Shown here piece after piece: positions 1 through 11,394 of a stretch of DNA of 40,890 nucleotides. Origin of the DNA: Octopus bimaculoides. Its lineage: Eukaryota. A program made the position numbers and the translations under genes. The notes below the pieces were generated by a model. It was not told where the DNA came from. It did not search any database and saw only the letters and a list, made by a program, of their open reading frames with translations. Positions within the stretch are counted from its first letter, which is position 1. Every line of letters begins with the position of its first letter. Where the stretch lies: positions 89,089,315 to 89,130,204 of the forward strand of contig NC_068981.1 of assembly GCF_001194135.2 (NCBI RefSeq). Reading direction: 5' to 3'.

Positions 1-2
1 AT

Positions 3-34
<32 letters not shown>

Positions 35-140
35 ATATATACATATATATAAATGTATATTTATATACATATATATTATGTATATATTATATATATACAT
101 TTATATATGTGTGTGTGTATGTGTGCGTGCGTGTGTGTGT
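1..140. repeat. (AT)n/(GT)n compound microsatellite
   Basis: Directly visible dinucleotide runs. Confidence 0.95.
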
Positions 141-149
141 CTGTATATA

Positions 150-213
150 TATATTCTGTTTCTCTTTTATTCATTTATATGCTTCAGTCATTTGGCTGCA
201 GTCATGCTGGAGT
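150..213 (-). mobile_element. SINE 3'-end fragment
   Basis: 'ttcagtcatttggctgcagtcatgctggag' resembles the reverse complement of a common octopus SINE tail. Recalled, not searched. Confidence 0.5.
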
Positions 214-219
214 TCGGAA

Positions 220-427
220 ACTAACCACCGTGTAAATGTGCATAAAAGAAAAATAGGGACTCGTCTCTTAGGAATGTCCCATGCAACGAATATCTAGATA
301 TCTGTGCAAATGGAAAATATAAAATATTCCCATTTACAAAATAAACGATGAAAATGTGCAACTACAAAATGTACAACTACGAAAGGCAAAAGAAGAATGC
401 TTTATAAGAATTCTAAATCCGAAATAA
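220..427 (+). mobile_element. Penelope-like element, C-terminal GIY-YIG endonuclease remnant (frameshifted)
   Basis: With two frameshifts it translates as RVNVHKRKI-DSSLRNVPCNEYLDICANGKYKIFPF-KINDENVQL...RKAKEECFIRILNPK*. This fits the PLE endonuclease C-terminal pattern (R.xVH...I...H/YL..C....IFPF......R...E..FI....P.LN). Confidence 0.7.
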
Positions 428-942
428 AACCGGAAATAGCCTACACTCTATATAATAAACAATGGTTAAAGAATATTTATCATTAGTCCGAAAATAAACC
501 GGAAATAATACTACCACTACTACAAAAATAACTTCCTCTTTAAGAGCACGTGTGTTTGAAAAGGTTTAACGAGAGCGCTCACACACTAGAGAAAACTTTT
601 CCCCCAAAATGTTAGTAACCGCCTTCAACGCCTTAAACAGCTATATAATTCTTGTATATATCCAGAGACACCATCTGACATTGACGATACGTGCTAATTA
701 AGCACCATCTATACTGGCTGATGAAATGATTGTCTGCACCGGCGAATGTCAGCACCACATCACGTGGTTTCACTGTTACAGCGGATCATGGGCGATGACT
801 AAGCCTCGCACTGAATGCTAGAACGAAAATCAATCTAACCGATATAGTATCGTAATGGCCAAACATTCTGTGATGTCGCAAAGAGACGGCGGGCTACGAA
901 TAAATTGATAGCTAATTTATATATATATATATTCCCCTTTTT

Positions 943-1372
943 TTCTCTCTCTAACACTCTTTCTCCTTACCCCTCGCTGGTCACATGTGTCCGGCTTCTG
1001 CCTCCGATCTTGTCTTGGCTGCTGCCAAGCCAGCATGAACTTCTTATCTCTCCCTTCCAGTTCGTCTCATCACAGCATTCAGTATACATATATATTTTTT
1101 CACATCTGGCCTTACAGCCCTTGTTTATTTTCACTGTTTCGTTTTCCTGTCATGTTTTCTGTTCATATTCCTCCGCACTACAAATTAAATTTGCTTCCGC
1201 GGGAAGAGCCATTCTAACAATGCGTCCTGCCCTAACTACTCGAAACGCTTAGTTTTGGAATGGTGGCATCTGATGACGGAAATGTTCTCTATGTGGCCTG
1301 TGTGTTTTCTGTACTATGTTTATGTTCTGTTTTTCATTTTGTCCACGTTTTTTGTGACGTCATGTACCCAGA
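943..1372. repeat. Unclassified interspersed repeat, possibly PLE-associated terminal region
   Basis: GC-richer non-coding block between microsatellites; resembles a recurrent octopus repeat from memory only. Confidence 0.25.
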
Positions 1373-1467
1373 TATGCATCTATATATACATGTAGATGTA
1401 GGTATGTACGTACATGTACGTATATATGCATATACTCACATATTATTTGTATTATTATATATATTTT

Positions 1468-1524
<57 letters not shown>

Positions 1525-1546
1525 TTGCGTGTCGATTTTTCTATAG

Positions 1547-1688
1547 TGGGCGTAGGCATTGGTATGCAGTTAAGAAATTTGATTCCCGCTCTAGTTCAGG
1601 TCAGTTGTGGCTTCAGTTGTGGTACCAGGCTAATAAGTAATTTTCGCTTGAAATCTTTACAGAGCGGAAGACCACAAAAGCCCGTCAG
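1547..1688 (+). CDS. Two candidate small exons (1547-1599, 1663-1688) of an unidentified gene
   Basis: Acceptor tttttctatag and donor CAG|gtcagt; 63-nt intron containing ctaat; acceptor ctttacag and weak donor CAG|gtgcgc. Joined peptide GRRHWYAVKKFDSRSSSERKTTKARQ. No homology recognised. Confidence 0.15.
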
Positions 1689-2041
1689 GTGCGCCCCACT
1701 CCACATATTTATTTATTTATTTTTATACTGCAATTCAAAAAGATCAGTATAATAATTTGCTGTTGTAACATCTGGTGAACTTTTAGAATTATAATAAAGA
1801 AGAATTGAAAACGCTTAGCATGTATAATAATAGTTACACGTTGAGGAGTATAGAATGAAGGGGTAAGAGTAATGAAAGAGCAGCGGTGGGAAAAAAATTA
1901 AAAAGAGAAAAAAAGTGGGATACGGAAAAATAAGTAAATAGTTGTTACAGACAAGTAGATTTAATCTGCATGTTTAATCTTGATGTTGTTGCAGCTATGT
2001 AATCACTAAATTTGTTATACATACATACATATATACATACA

Positions 2042-2085
<44 letters not shown>

Positions 2086-2999
2086 NNNNNNNNNNNNNNN
2101 NNNNNNNNNNNNNNNNNNNNNNNNNNNNNNNNNNNNNNNNNNNNNNNNNNNNNNNNNNNNNNNNNNNNNNNNNNNNNNNNNNNNNNNNNNNNNNNNNNNN
2201 NNNNNNNNNNNNNNNNNNNNNNNNNNNNNNNNNNNNNNNNNNNNNNNNNNNNNNNNNNNNNNNNNNNNNNNNNNNNNNNNNNNNNNNNNNNNNNNNNNNN
2301 NNNNNNNNNNNNNNNNNNNNNNNNNNNNNNNNNNNNNNNNNNNNNNNNNNNNNNNNNNNNNNNNNNNNNNNNNNNNNNNNNNNNNNNNNNNNNNNNNNNN
2401 NNNNNNNNNNNNNNNNNNNNNNNNNNNNNNNNNNNNNNNNNNNNNNNNNNNNNNNNNNNNNNNNNNNNNNNNNNNNNNNNNNNNNNNNNNNNNNNNNNNN
2501 NNNNNNNNNNNNNNNNNNNNNNNNNNNNNNNNNNNNNNNNNNNNNNNNNNNNNNNNNNNNNNNNNNNNNNNNNNNNNNNNNNNNNNNNNNNNNNNNNNNN
2601 NNNNNNNNNNNNNNNNNNNNNNNNNNNNNNNNNNNNNNNNNNNNNNNNNNNNNNNNNNNNNNNNNNNNNNNNNNNNNNNNNNNNNNNNNNNNNNNNNNNN
2701 NNNNNNNNNNNNNNNNNNNNNNNNNNNNNNNNNNNNNNNNNNNNNNNNNNNNNNNNNNNNNNNNNNNNNNNNNNNNNNNNNNNNNNNNNNNNNNNNNNNN
2801 NNNNNNNNNNNNNNNNNNNNNNNNNNNNNNNNNNNNNNNNNNNNNNNNNNNNNNNNNNNNNNNNNNNNNNNNNNNNNNNNNNNNNNNNNNNNNNNNNNNN
2901 NNNNNNNNNNNNNNNNNNNNNNNNNNNNNNNNNNNNNNNNNNNNNNNNNNNNNNNNNNNNNNNATATATATATATATATATATATAAATATATAAAAAC

Positions 3000-3710
3000 T
3001 ATTAAAATTTTCTCTTCTCCATTTTTAACTGTTAGTTGTTTTTTTTTATATAGGTTTTGTTCCAAGTATCCCAATACTGAGTTCGCGAAAGCTGGAACAA
3101 ATCGCGTCTCCACAGCTGTGCCTCGAATTTGGATGTAGTTTTTTTTCCGTTGAAAAGGAATGTATTGTTCTCGAGGATGCGACTGACCACGTCTAGAATG
3201 ATGGTTAGAGTAAATCTACTATGGATCACTTCTCTATGTTTCTCGATCCAATATTTTATCGCAGTAATTCCCAAATCGTGTGGAATGTTCGTATTTAACT
3301 TTGTTACATCAAAACTAGGAGTGAATTAGATTCCATTTTTGAGCAGATGTGACAGGAAATCGATGTCATCCCGAATGAAACTGGGTGTGACTACGTAGTG
3401 GTTTTATGATAATATCAGTGAGGTTGCTTAGACGATTCTTGGGTGTCTTAGTGGTCTCGTGGGTAGAGACATAATTAGACAGCCACGTTGAACATCCTGG
3501 GGAGGTTCAATCCTATCCAGGGCCTGCTGCTCAGACGATGTGTAGGATAGGCTGGACCAGCTTTAATAGGTCTTAGTTTAAGATCCTTTGCTTGTAGTAG
3601 CTTTATGTATTCACTAACTTGTAGCTCTATAGCATTTTGCATTTCTTTTGACTTGTGTATTTTAGGTAAGCCATAGAAGTTGCTGGATTTCGATTCAAAG
3701 CTGACCAGTC
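3000..3710 (-). mobile_element. Penelope-like element reverse transcriptase, degenerate
   Basis: Minus-strand translation with frameshifts: SNFYGLPKIHK...DLKLRPIKAGPAYPTHRLS[insert]NLTDIIIKPL...SFIRDDIDFL...SFDVTKLNTNIPHDLGITAIKYW...ILENNTFLFNGK-YIQIRGTAMETRFVPAFANSVLGYLEQ. These are the PLE RT motifs FYGLPKIHK, RPI, FDV.LYTNIP and GTAMG..AP.FAN. Confidence 0.92.
3437..3528 (+). mobile_element. 92-nt tRNA-like (Pol III A/B-box) insertion with 11-bp TSD
   Basis: Flanked by gcttagacgat (3426-3436) and gctcagacgat (3529-3539). A-box-like tgtcttagtgg at 3444-3454 and B-box-like ggttcaatcc at 3504-3513. Removing it restores the PLE frame PTHRLS-NLTDII. Confidence 0.6.
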
Positions 3711-4097
3711 ACAAATTCTCTGTCTCTCAGTTCTCCATCCTTCAAGACATTTTCTAAGCGTTACCCACTATTCTCGTCTCCTTGGCTCCAAGGCTGTATT
3801 TTGTTCGGCTGTTCGTCCTTGTCCACCGTCCTAAATCACACTCTGTGTAGTTTTGCTTGTTTTGTTTTCTTTGCTCTCGTCCCTAATTCTCCGCAAGAAA
3901 ACTTAAAGGTGGGAAACTGAATATTACCAATTGGTTGATAACCGATGAAGTATTACATACCTCTTGCTTCTCTCCCGTTCGTTTTTACATTCAGTATACA
4001 TTATGTCGTTTGTTTTATTTACCATACATTTTTTCATTTATTAAGTAATGGAACGCAATACACACCAAACTTTATTAACAAGTAAGTTTTTTTATGT

Positions 4098-4744
4098 ACA
4101 TATATATGTATATAAAATCAAAATGAGCTACATGATTTCAAGTAGAAATGCAGTACGACCCTTTCAAGGGGATCCATTTAATTGAACAAAGCAATCATTA
4201 CATCAATTTAAATACATCGCTATCTTCAGCAGCACAAAAAAATATGGAACTTCAACAGGTAAGATACATTAATATAAGTTTTCTGAAATATTTNNNNNNN
4301 NNNNNNNNNNNNNNNNNNNNNNNNNNNNNNNNNNNNNNNNNNNNNNNNNNNNNNNNNNNNNNNNNNNNNNNNNNNNNNNNNNNNNNNNNNNNNNNNNNNN
4401 NNNNNNNNNNNNNNNNNNNNNNNNNNNNNNNNNNNNNNNNNNNNNNNNNNNNNNNNNNNNNNNNNNNNNNNNNNNNNNNNNNNNNNNNATATATATGTAC
4501 ATATATATGTATATATATATGTATACACACAGACACACACACACACACACATATATATGTATATAAAATCAAAATGAGCTACATGATTTCAAGTAGAAAT
4601 GCAGTACGACCCTTTCAAGGGGATCCATTTAATTGAACAAAGCAATCATTACATCAATTTAAATACATCGCTATCTTCAGCAGCACAAAAAAATATGGAA
4701 CTTCAACAGGTAAGATACATTAATATAAGTTTTCTGAAATATTT
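4098..4744. other. Identical 196-bp duplication either side of an N-gap (4098-4293 = 4549-4744); probable assembly artefact
   Basis: The copies are identical on reading, differ only in the upstream microsatellite, and flank gap 4294-4488. Confidence 0.8.
4605..4709 (+). CDS. Candidate internal exon (duplicated at 4154-4258)
   Basis: Only one frame is open through a strong donor CAG|gtaaga: YDPFKGIHLIEQSNHYINLNTSLSSAAQKNMELQQ. The acceptor is weak. Confidence 0.25.
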
Positions 4745-5450
4745 TAAGAGAGCAAGAATATGGAAGAAATCCTTGTTGTCTCTATTGTAGCAAGAATGGC
4801 TAGGAAAACATTACAATTTCTTAGAATAGCATGAAACATAATGGGGTCATAGTGTTGTAATTCGTTTCCAATTTATCTATCTCTTTATTATCTACTAAAA
4901 TCTGAGACTAGAGTACTATATACACATACATACATACATGCATACATACACACATACATACATATATATATGCGTGTGTATTTATATATATATGTACATA
5001 TATATGTATAAATGTATATATATATATATATACATACATACATGTATACACATACATAGTTATATACATTCATGTATGGGTATATATATACATGTGTGCG
5101 TGTGTGTGTGTAACTAGTGATATGTGTGCCTGCGTATGTGCGAGTGTGTTAGGTTATGTCTGTGTATGTTTCACTGTGTCTGTATGTGCCTATACAACAT
5201 AAGGATAAGTTTATATACAAGAGTAACAAATGTTATTGAATGCAGCAGTGGAAATGCTAAGTGCAAGAAGCACTTTAAATTGAAAATGAAAGTTTATCGC
5301 GTCAGTTGATGGAACGTAAGCAACTAATAATATTTCAACTAAGTACAAGGTCAAACGCTGTCGTTTGCGGACGAAAAGAATTTAATAGTTATCACTATAT
5401 TAATTGATGCATATTTTATAACTACATATTTCATCCATTCTATTGTTCAG

Positions 5451-5480
5451 ATGAGGGACATAAAGAATGAATTGAATTGA
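5451..5480 (+). CDS. Candidate terminal coding exon (MRDIKNELN*)
   Basis: Pyrimidine-rich acceptor ending tattgttcag, in phase with the 4709 donor; AATAAA at 5593-5598. Confidence 0.25.
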   Translation: MRDIKNELN

Positions 5481-7254
5481 AATCAAAAGTGTGCAGCATC
5501 AGCCGTTACGTAGTACATACTATATTTCTGCGCCTCATTTCCATTTGTGTTTCTGCATGTGACCAGTCAAAAATAAGTATCAAATAACATCAAATAAAGG
5601 CAATGTATAGCATAAATAAACACAAAATAAGAACCCAACGACTAGAAATTCTACATGATAAATACACTTTACCACGTTCTCTCTGACTCCTTTTGTGTAT
5701 GTGAGTGCATGCTTTACCAAATACACACGAAATTGTTGTTTTTCCTCATATATACGGCTAACGAAGCAATAACATCCTTTAACAGCTGAAAGAACAGTAA
5801 AATGATTAGCTATGAAGATAAAGACAATACTTGTTTATTTATCATGTTCCATCGCATTCACATAAAATTCAGAAGCATTAATTTTTTTCTTTAGATTTTG
5901 GATAGATTGAAGCAATCAGAGGTTAATAAAACCGATAACACGTTTTTTTTCCCCTTGTTAGCAATTTGTATGAAAATGGAATATCTTGTAACATAATGAA
6001 AACATAGCGGCAACAAATATGCAAAGAAATATCCTGTAGCGAAAACTTATGTAATAAACTTAAATGATTGCTACGTACTAACCTTAAATAATTGTTAATC
6101 ATATTAGTTTTGGGCAAGATGGCGTCCTTATAAGTGATCTTAAATGCTCTGTGGCATTGTACTTATGCTTGAAATGTTTAGGTTTCCGTTGCTGTTTTCG
6201 TTTTTATTGTTGTAATTATTGCAGAATTTGTCGTATATATTACTGTGTTACTTTTGCTTTTCTTTCAAAAACGTTTTCAGAACGCCCTATAAAATATTGC
6301 TTTTGTTAATAAAAGAAATCCAAAACGTTATGGTAGAAAAATAAAATTTTTGTAAGCAAAGCAAATGTATAAGCGATGTACAAATTAAAGATAATGTTTC
6401 TGGGAAAATAATAACTTAAATGTTGCAATTCAACAGAAAAGAAAACTTGGACGGCTGCTTTGTAAAAACAAGAGGAAAATATTGCAATTATGTGAAAGAA
6501 AACTAAAGATTGTAAAGTAGTCATTGCTATTTGTGATTAGGAAACATTTTAGTTTACCTCCACCATCACCATTCTGATAAAATTTATGCGTGCAAAAGAT
6601 GTGTAATACATGACCGCATATATATCAGACAAAACAATGTAAAAAAAAGCGTAGAAAGGTAATTGAGAATAAAAGCAAAACAAAGTATATATACACACAC
6701 ACNNNNNNNNNNAAAGCAAAACAAAGTATATATACACACACACATACACACACACACACAGACAGACACACAGACACACAGACACAGACACACAAACACA
6801 CATATACACACACACATATATATTACACTTCTTTTAAAAATATTTCAATAATTGAAATAACAGGTGAGAAAGAATGTAAAAGAGAAAAGATATTAGATGT
6901 ATCCTTCGACAAACAATCACCAAATCATTAAAATATGATACCAGTTATACCAAAGTAAAACGAAAAGAAACAATCACATCGCGTACCAATGAAGGAAAAT
7001 CCAGGCAGTCGGTCTACTGGTTAGAAAAAACAGTCAAGTAACGCCCTAATGATAAAAAGAACTGCAAAATCAAAACTGATAAAATTGGTATTTTATATAA
7101 CAAACGAAGGGGTGTTTACGACTGAACTAACTGCTTATGATCATTGATTAATTCGATCAGGTGAGACAACAATAACAACACCAAAAAGCCACAACATAGA
7201 TTTCGGTATACAACTGCAAAAAGAAACTGACATAAGATGTTAACTATGTATTTT

Positions 7255-7389
7255 TATGCATATAACGATATATAAATGCAAAGAAACACAGACGCTCTCT
7301 CTCCCTCACTCTCTGTCGCGCGCACACGCACACAGTCAGTCAGACAAGCAGACAAACAGGCACACAAACACACACACACACACACACAT

Positions 7390-7439
<50 letters not shown>

Positions 7440-7448
7440 ACACACACA

Positions 7449-7480
<32 letters not shown>
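7255..7480. repeat. Compound (CA)n/(CT)n microsatellite
   Basis: Directly visible. Confidence 0.9.
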
Positions 7481-7481
<1 letters not shown>

Positions 7482-7509
7482 TCAGAGTATAACCTATACT
7501 GACGTAGTA

Positions 7510-7890
7510 AGCGTCAACTCAAAAAGATTTATTTCTTCTTTTTTGAGTGGTTCTTAATCTTTCTGCATCTGGCTTGCTCCTTTTTCTTAAAGCGTTCCAC
7601 GTTACCTTTAGTTCTGATGGTATTTTCCTCGAGGCTTGCTTCTCTCTATTCTGGTATTTCGTGTCGTTTTGCAGTTCTTCTCTACAATTCACGTCGAGCA
7701 ACAGCTTTTTGTGATAATCTTCGTCTTTTATCTGCATTTAGAAGTCGATAAATTCCTCTGTGACAGAGAATTTGTGTCTGATTTGCAGGTACCTGCTGAG
7801 TGGGTTGGAAAAGTTTCAATTCCATATTGCTATACACTGGGCTTCTCTTGCTCATAATCTTTGGCGTTCTCTCTTCACTTCTTTAAGATT
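7510..7890 (-). mobile_element. Degenerate coding-like region, possibly an N-terminal helical segment of a retroelement ORF
   Basis: One frame is open for ~125 codons apart from 3 stops (NLKEVKRERQRL*...HKFSVTEEFIDF*MQIKDEDYHKKLLL...), charged helical composition. No diagnostic motif. Confidence 0.3.
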
Positions 7891-8332
7891 ATACTCCCTC
7901 ACCCTCCATTTTCTTTAATATCCTCACTCATTCTTTTCTTTGTTTCTGTATGTGATTCCTTATTTACGCTCTAAAACAAAATCTTTCCCTGCATTTTCCA
8001 TCACTGACGCTTCACACACATCCATCATAAATACAAATTCCTTCCTCTCTCTTTTAACACATTTAATCTTTCCCTTTATCATTCGTTTATCATCTACATC
8101 TGTTTGTTTTTATTTATTCCGTTATTACTCTAACTCCTTATGCTATTTCAAAATTGTATCGTTCTCGTTTCCGCTCTCTCTTCTCAACATGATTACCTAC
8201 TCATGCCACTAGTTGATTTCTTATTCATTCTTTCTTCCATCCATTACTATCTTTCTCGGTGTGCTTGCCTGACTGCTTGTCTCGTAGTCATTCTTTCTGG
8301 CTGACAGCCGACTATTTCTCTCCACGCCCCTC

Positions 8333-8400
<68 letters not shown>

Positions 8401-9443
8401 TTCTTCCTCTATCTCTCACGATCTCATTCCGTCAATCTCTCACATATATGTCTGTCTATCCGAACCACCTCTTATCACAATAACTTCATATCACCCTAAC
8501 ATTTTTTTCAGTAGGGTCCCTGACCTCCCATCCTTCCATTGGTTATCAATATCACGGAACGAACATTGTATGTTTCATTATATTCTCGAATACATGATTC
8601 TCTATCTATGTATCTATTTGGGTAAGTATATATGCATGTATGTGTGCTTGTATATAAGTGTACAGTTTATAGTGTGACAACACAACGAAAAAAGTTACTC
8701 ATCCTTACATCTACACAAACACCCCTCACACGTATATATATATATATATANNNNNNNNNNNNNNNNNNNNNNNNNNNNNNNNNNNNNNNNNNNNNNNNNN
8801 NNNNNNNNNNNNNNNNNNNNNNNNNNNNNNNNNNNNNNNNNNNNNNNNNNNNNNNNNNNNNNNNNNNNNNNNNNNNNNNNNNNNNNNNNNNNNNNNNNNN
8901 NNNNNNNNNNNNNNNNNNNNNNNNNNNNNNNNNNNNNNNNNNNNNNNNNNNNNNNNNNNNNNNNNNNNNNNNNNNNNNNNNNNNNNNNNNNNNNNNNNNN
9001 NNNNNNNNNNNNNNNNNNNNNNNNNNNNNNNNNNNNNNNNNNNNNNNNNNNNNNNNNNNNNNNNNNNNNNNNNNNNNNNNNNNNNNNNNNNNNNNNNNNN
9101 NNNNNNNNNNNNNNNNNNNNNNNNNNNNNNNNNNNNNNNNNNNNNNNNNNNNNNNNNNNNNNNNNNNNNNNNNNNNNNNNNNNNNNNNNNNNNNNNNNNN
9201 NNNNNNNNNNNNNNNNNNNNNNNNNNNNNNNNNNNNNNNNNNNNNNNNNNNNNNNNNNNNNNNNNNNNNNNNNNNNNNNNNNNNNNNNNNNNNNNNNNNN
9301 NNNNNNNNNNNNNNNNNNNNNNNNNNNNNNNNNNNNNNNNNNNNNNNNNNNNNNNNNNNNNNNNNNNNNNNNNNNNNNNNNNNNNNNNNNNNNNNNNNNN
9401 NNNNNNNNNNNNNNNNNNNNNNNNNNNNNNNNNNNNNNNNNNN

Positions 9444-9487
<44 letters not shown>

Positions 9488-10179
9488 GTGTGTGTGTGTG
9501 TGTGTAAGCATCTATGCAAGTATAAATCTGTGTATGCATATATATTCATATGTATATATGAACTTTTAAAAGAGAATACTTTTCTTGGCTGCCGGAAATA
9601 GCAGGAAGTAATGGGTTTTATCTTGAGTGACAGACAGCCTGTGCGTATGTATATAGCGAGTGCCTATCGGTATTAGTAACACCATCTTCAAGGAAACCTC
9701 TTTCTCTTCTCTCTGTCTCTTTCGCCCCCACATGCACACATTCATACCAATGTTCGCACACAAATCCGAACGCAGTTTCTTATATATTCTCATATGTATC
9801 TGCGTAGTCTATTTACATCACATAATATATATTTATCTGTTTAACTCACCATTAACGAGAGAAGAATAAGAAATTACAAAAAATCTTCGTGCAAAGAGTT
9901 TCGAAGAAGAAAAGAAATAATAAGCTTTGATGTGATTCAAAGCAGTCACTGCTTTATGGATTTATAGGTTATAATGCCTTATGTTAGTTAAGTAATATCA
10001 CTGAGTCCATTAAAGTGGTTAATACAAGATTTAATCTTCCGGTCTTCACAAGACCAGCCTTTACACAGAAATGCAATAGAATATACGTTCATATATCCAA
10101 ACTAGTACGCTATCATATATTAATATATATTACATATATGCATATATCAATGCAAATATCAGTCACATAGTCATGTGCA

Positions 10180-10244
<65 letters not shown>

Positions 10245-11174
10245 AAATGCATACACTCTGTTGACATACTTATGTACATACAAACATTCTTAAGTACGTA
10301 ATAGGTAAGTAGTTTATTTGTGTTCTTTTTGCTATATGTATGTGTGCGTGTATGTTTGTGAGTTATATAGTTTATATGCGTATAATTATTGCGAATGTAT
10401 GCTTACGTTTGCTTGTATGAAAATGTATGTATGTAATGCATGTAAGTAAATTTTTTATATCTATATCTACAGGAAAACTATGAGTAAATAATGGCCTGTT
10501 TTCTCTTATCACTCTTGTAATTAAATGATAGTGGAAGATTGGCAGAAGCAATGGACCAACAGGCAAAATACCTTGCGCAAATTTATTGTCCCTTTACGTT
10601 TATTCTTCGTTCAAGTCTCTGTGAGGTAATCCCTATTTTTCATCATTTAAGGGTCACTAAAACAAGTAACAGTCAAGTAACGGGATTGACATAATCGGAT
10701 ATCCCTCCTTCCACAACAAAGATAAATTTCTGACCTGATGCGTATTTGAAAAATAATTACGATAGTTAATTAAGCAGTTCTGAAATCTTCATAATATTTA
10801 CACATTGCTGCTACAGTTACCTCGTGAAGAATTTTATCAAAGTTAAATAAAATACACGCTAGTAATTCATGTGACAGCCACTAAAAAATACGAACTGTTT
10901 TCATAAAAACAAAAGGCAAAAATACTTTTTATAGATGTCACAAGAATATTCCTTCAAAATTCTACAGTCAGAAACTGAAACAATTTACGTTCACTAAAAC
11001 AGCTTGGTACTAATCAAATTAGTTATTAAATTTAAATGCTAACCAAGCAGTCTACTAAATAGTAATAAATCATTAAATGAGTATCATTAAATGAGTATGG
11101 ACATGCAGCTGAAGCATACACTTTGTGCCAAATATGGCATGCTAGGAGAATATGGGTTAACTAAGCTCAATAAT

Positions 11175-11394
11175 GGCTTCAAATTTTGGTTCAAAGCCCG
11201 CAATTTCGAGGAAGGGGATAAGTCGACTACATCGATACTAGTGCTCAAATGATACTTATTTTGTCGTGTCCAACTGGATGAATGGCAAAGTCAACCTCGG
11301 TGGAATTTGATCTCAAAATGTAAAGTCGGACCAAATACCACTAAGCACTTTGCCCAGCGTGGTAACGATTTTGTCAGCTCGCTGCCTTAAATTG
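11175..11394 (-). mobile_element. tRNA-derived SINE, full length, 11-bp TSD
   Basis: Minus strand reads aaggcagcgagctgacaaaatcgttaccacgctgggc...gagatcaaattccaccgaggttgactttgcc. TSD agctcaataat at 11164-11174 and 11395-11405. Confidence 0.9.

Noticed and set aside
1195-1295. Hammerhead-like words (gaagag...ctcgaaac; ctgatgacggaaa)
   Set aside because: In the first, the CUGANGA core is broken and stem II has one pair. In the second, stem II is absent and there is no UH site compatible with stem I.
3712-7778. 15-bp inverted match cacaaattctctgtc (3711-3725) / gacagagaatttgtg (~7763-7777)
   Set aside because: The flanks show no further similarity, so this is probably chance.
10510-10630. Apparent exon open in several frames, ending GAG|gtaatc
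   Set aside because: It aligns by eye to the SINE head (ggcagaa...ggcaaaata...ctttacgtt...gttcaa) and is a decayed SINE.
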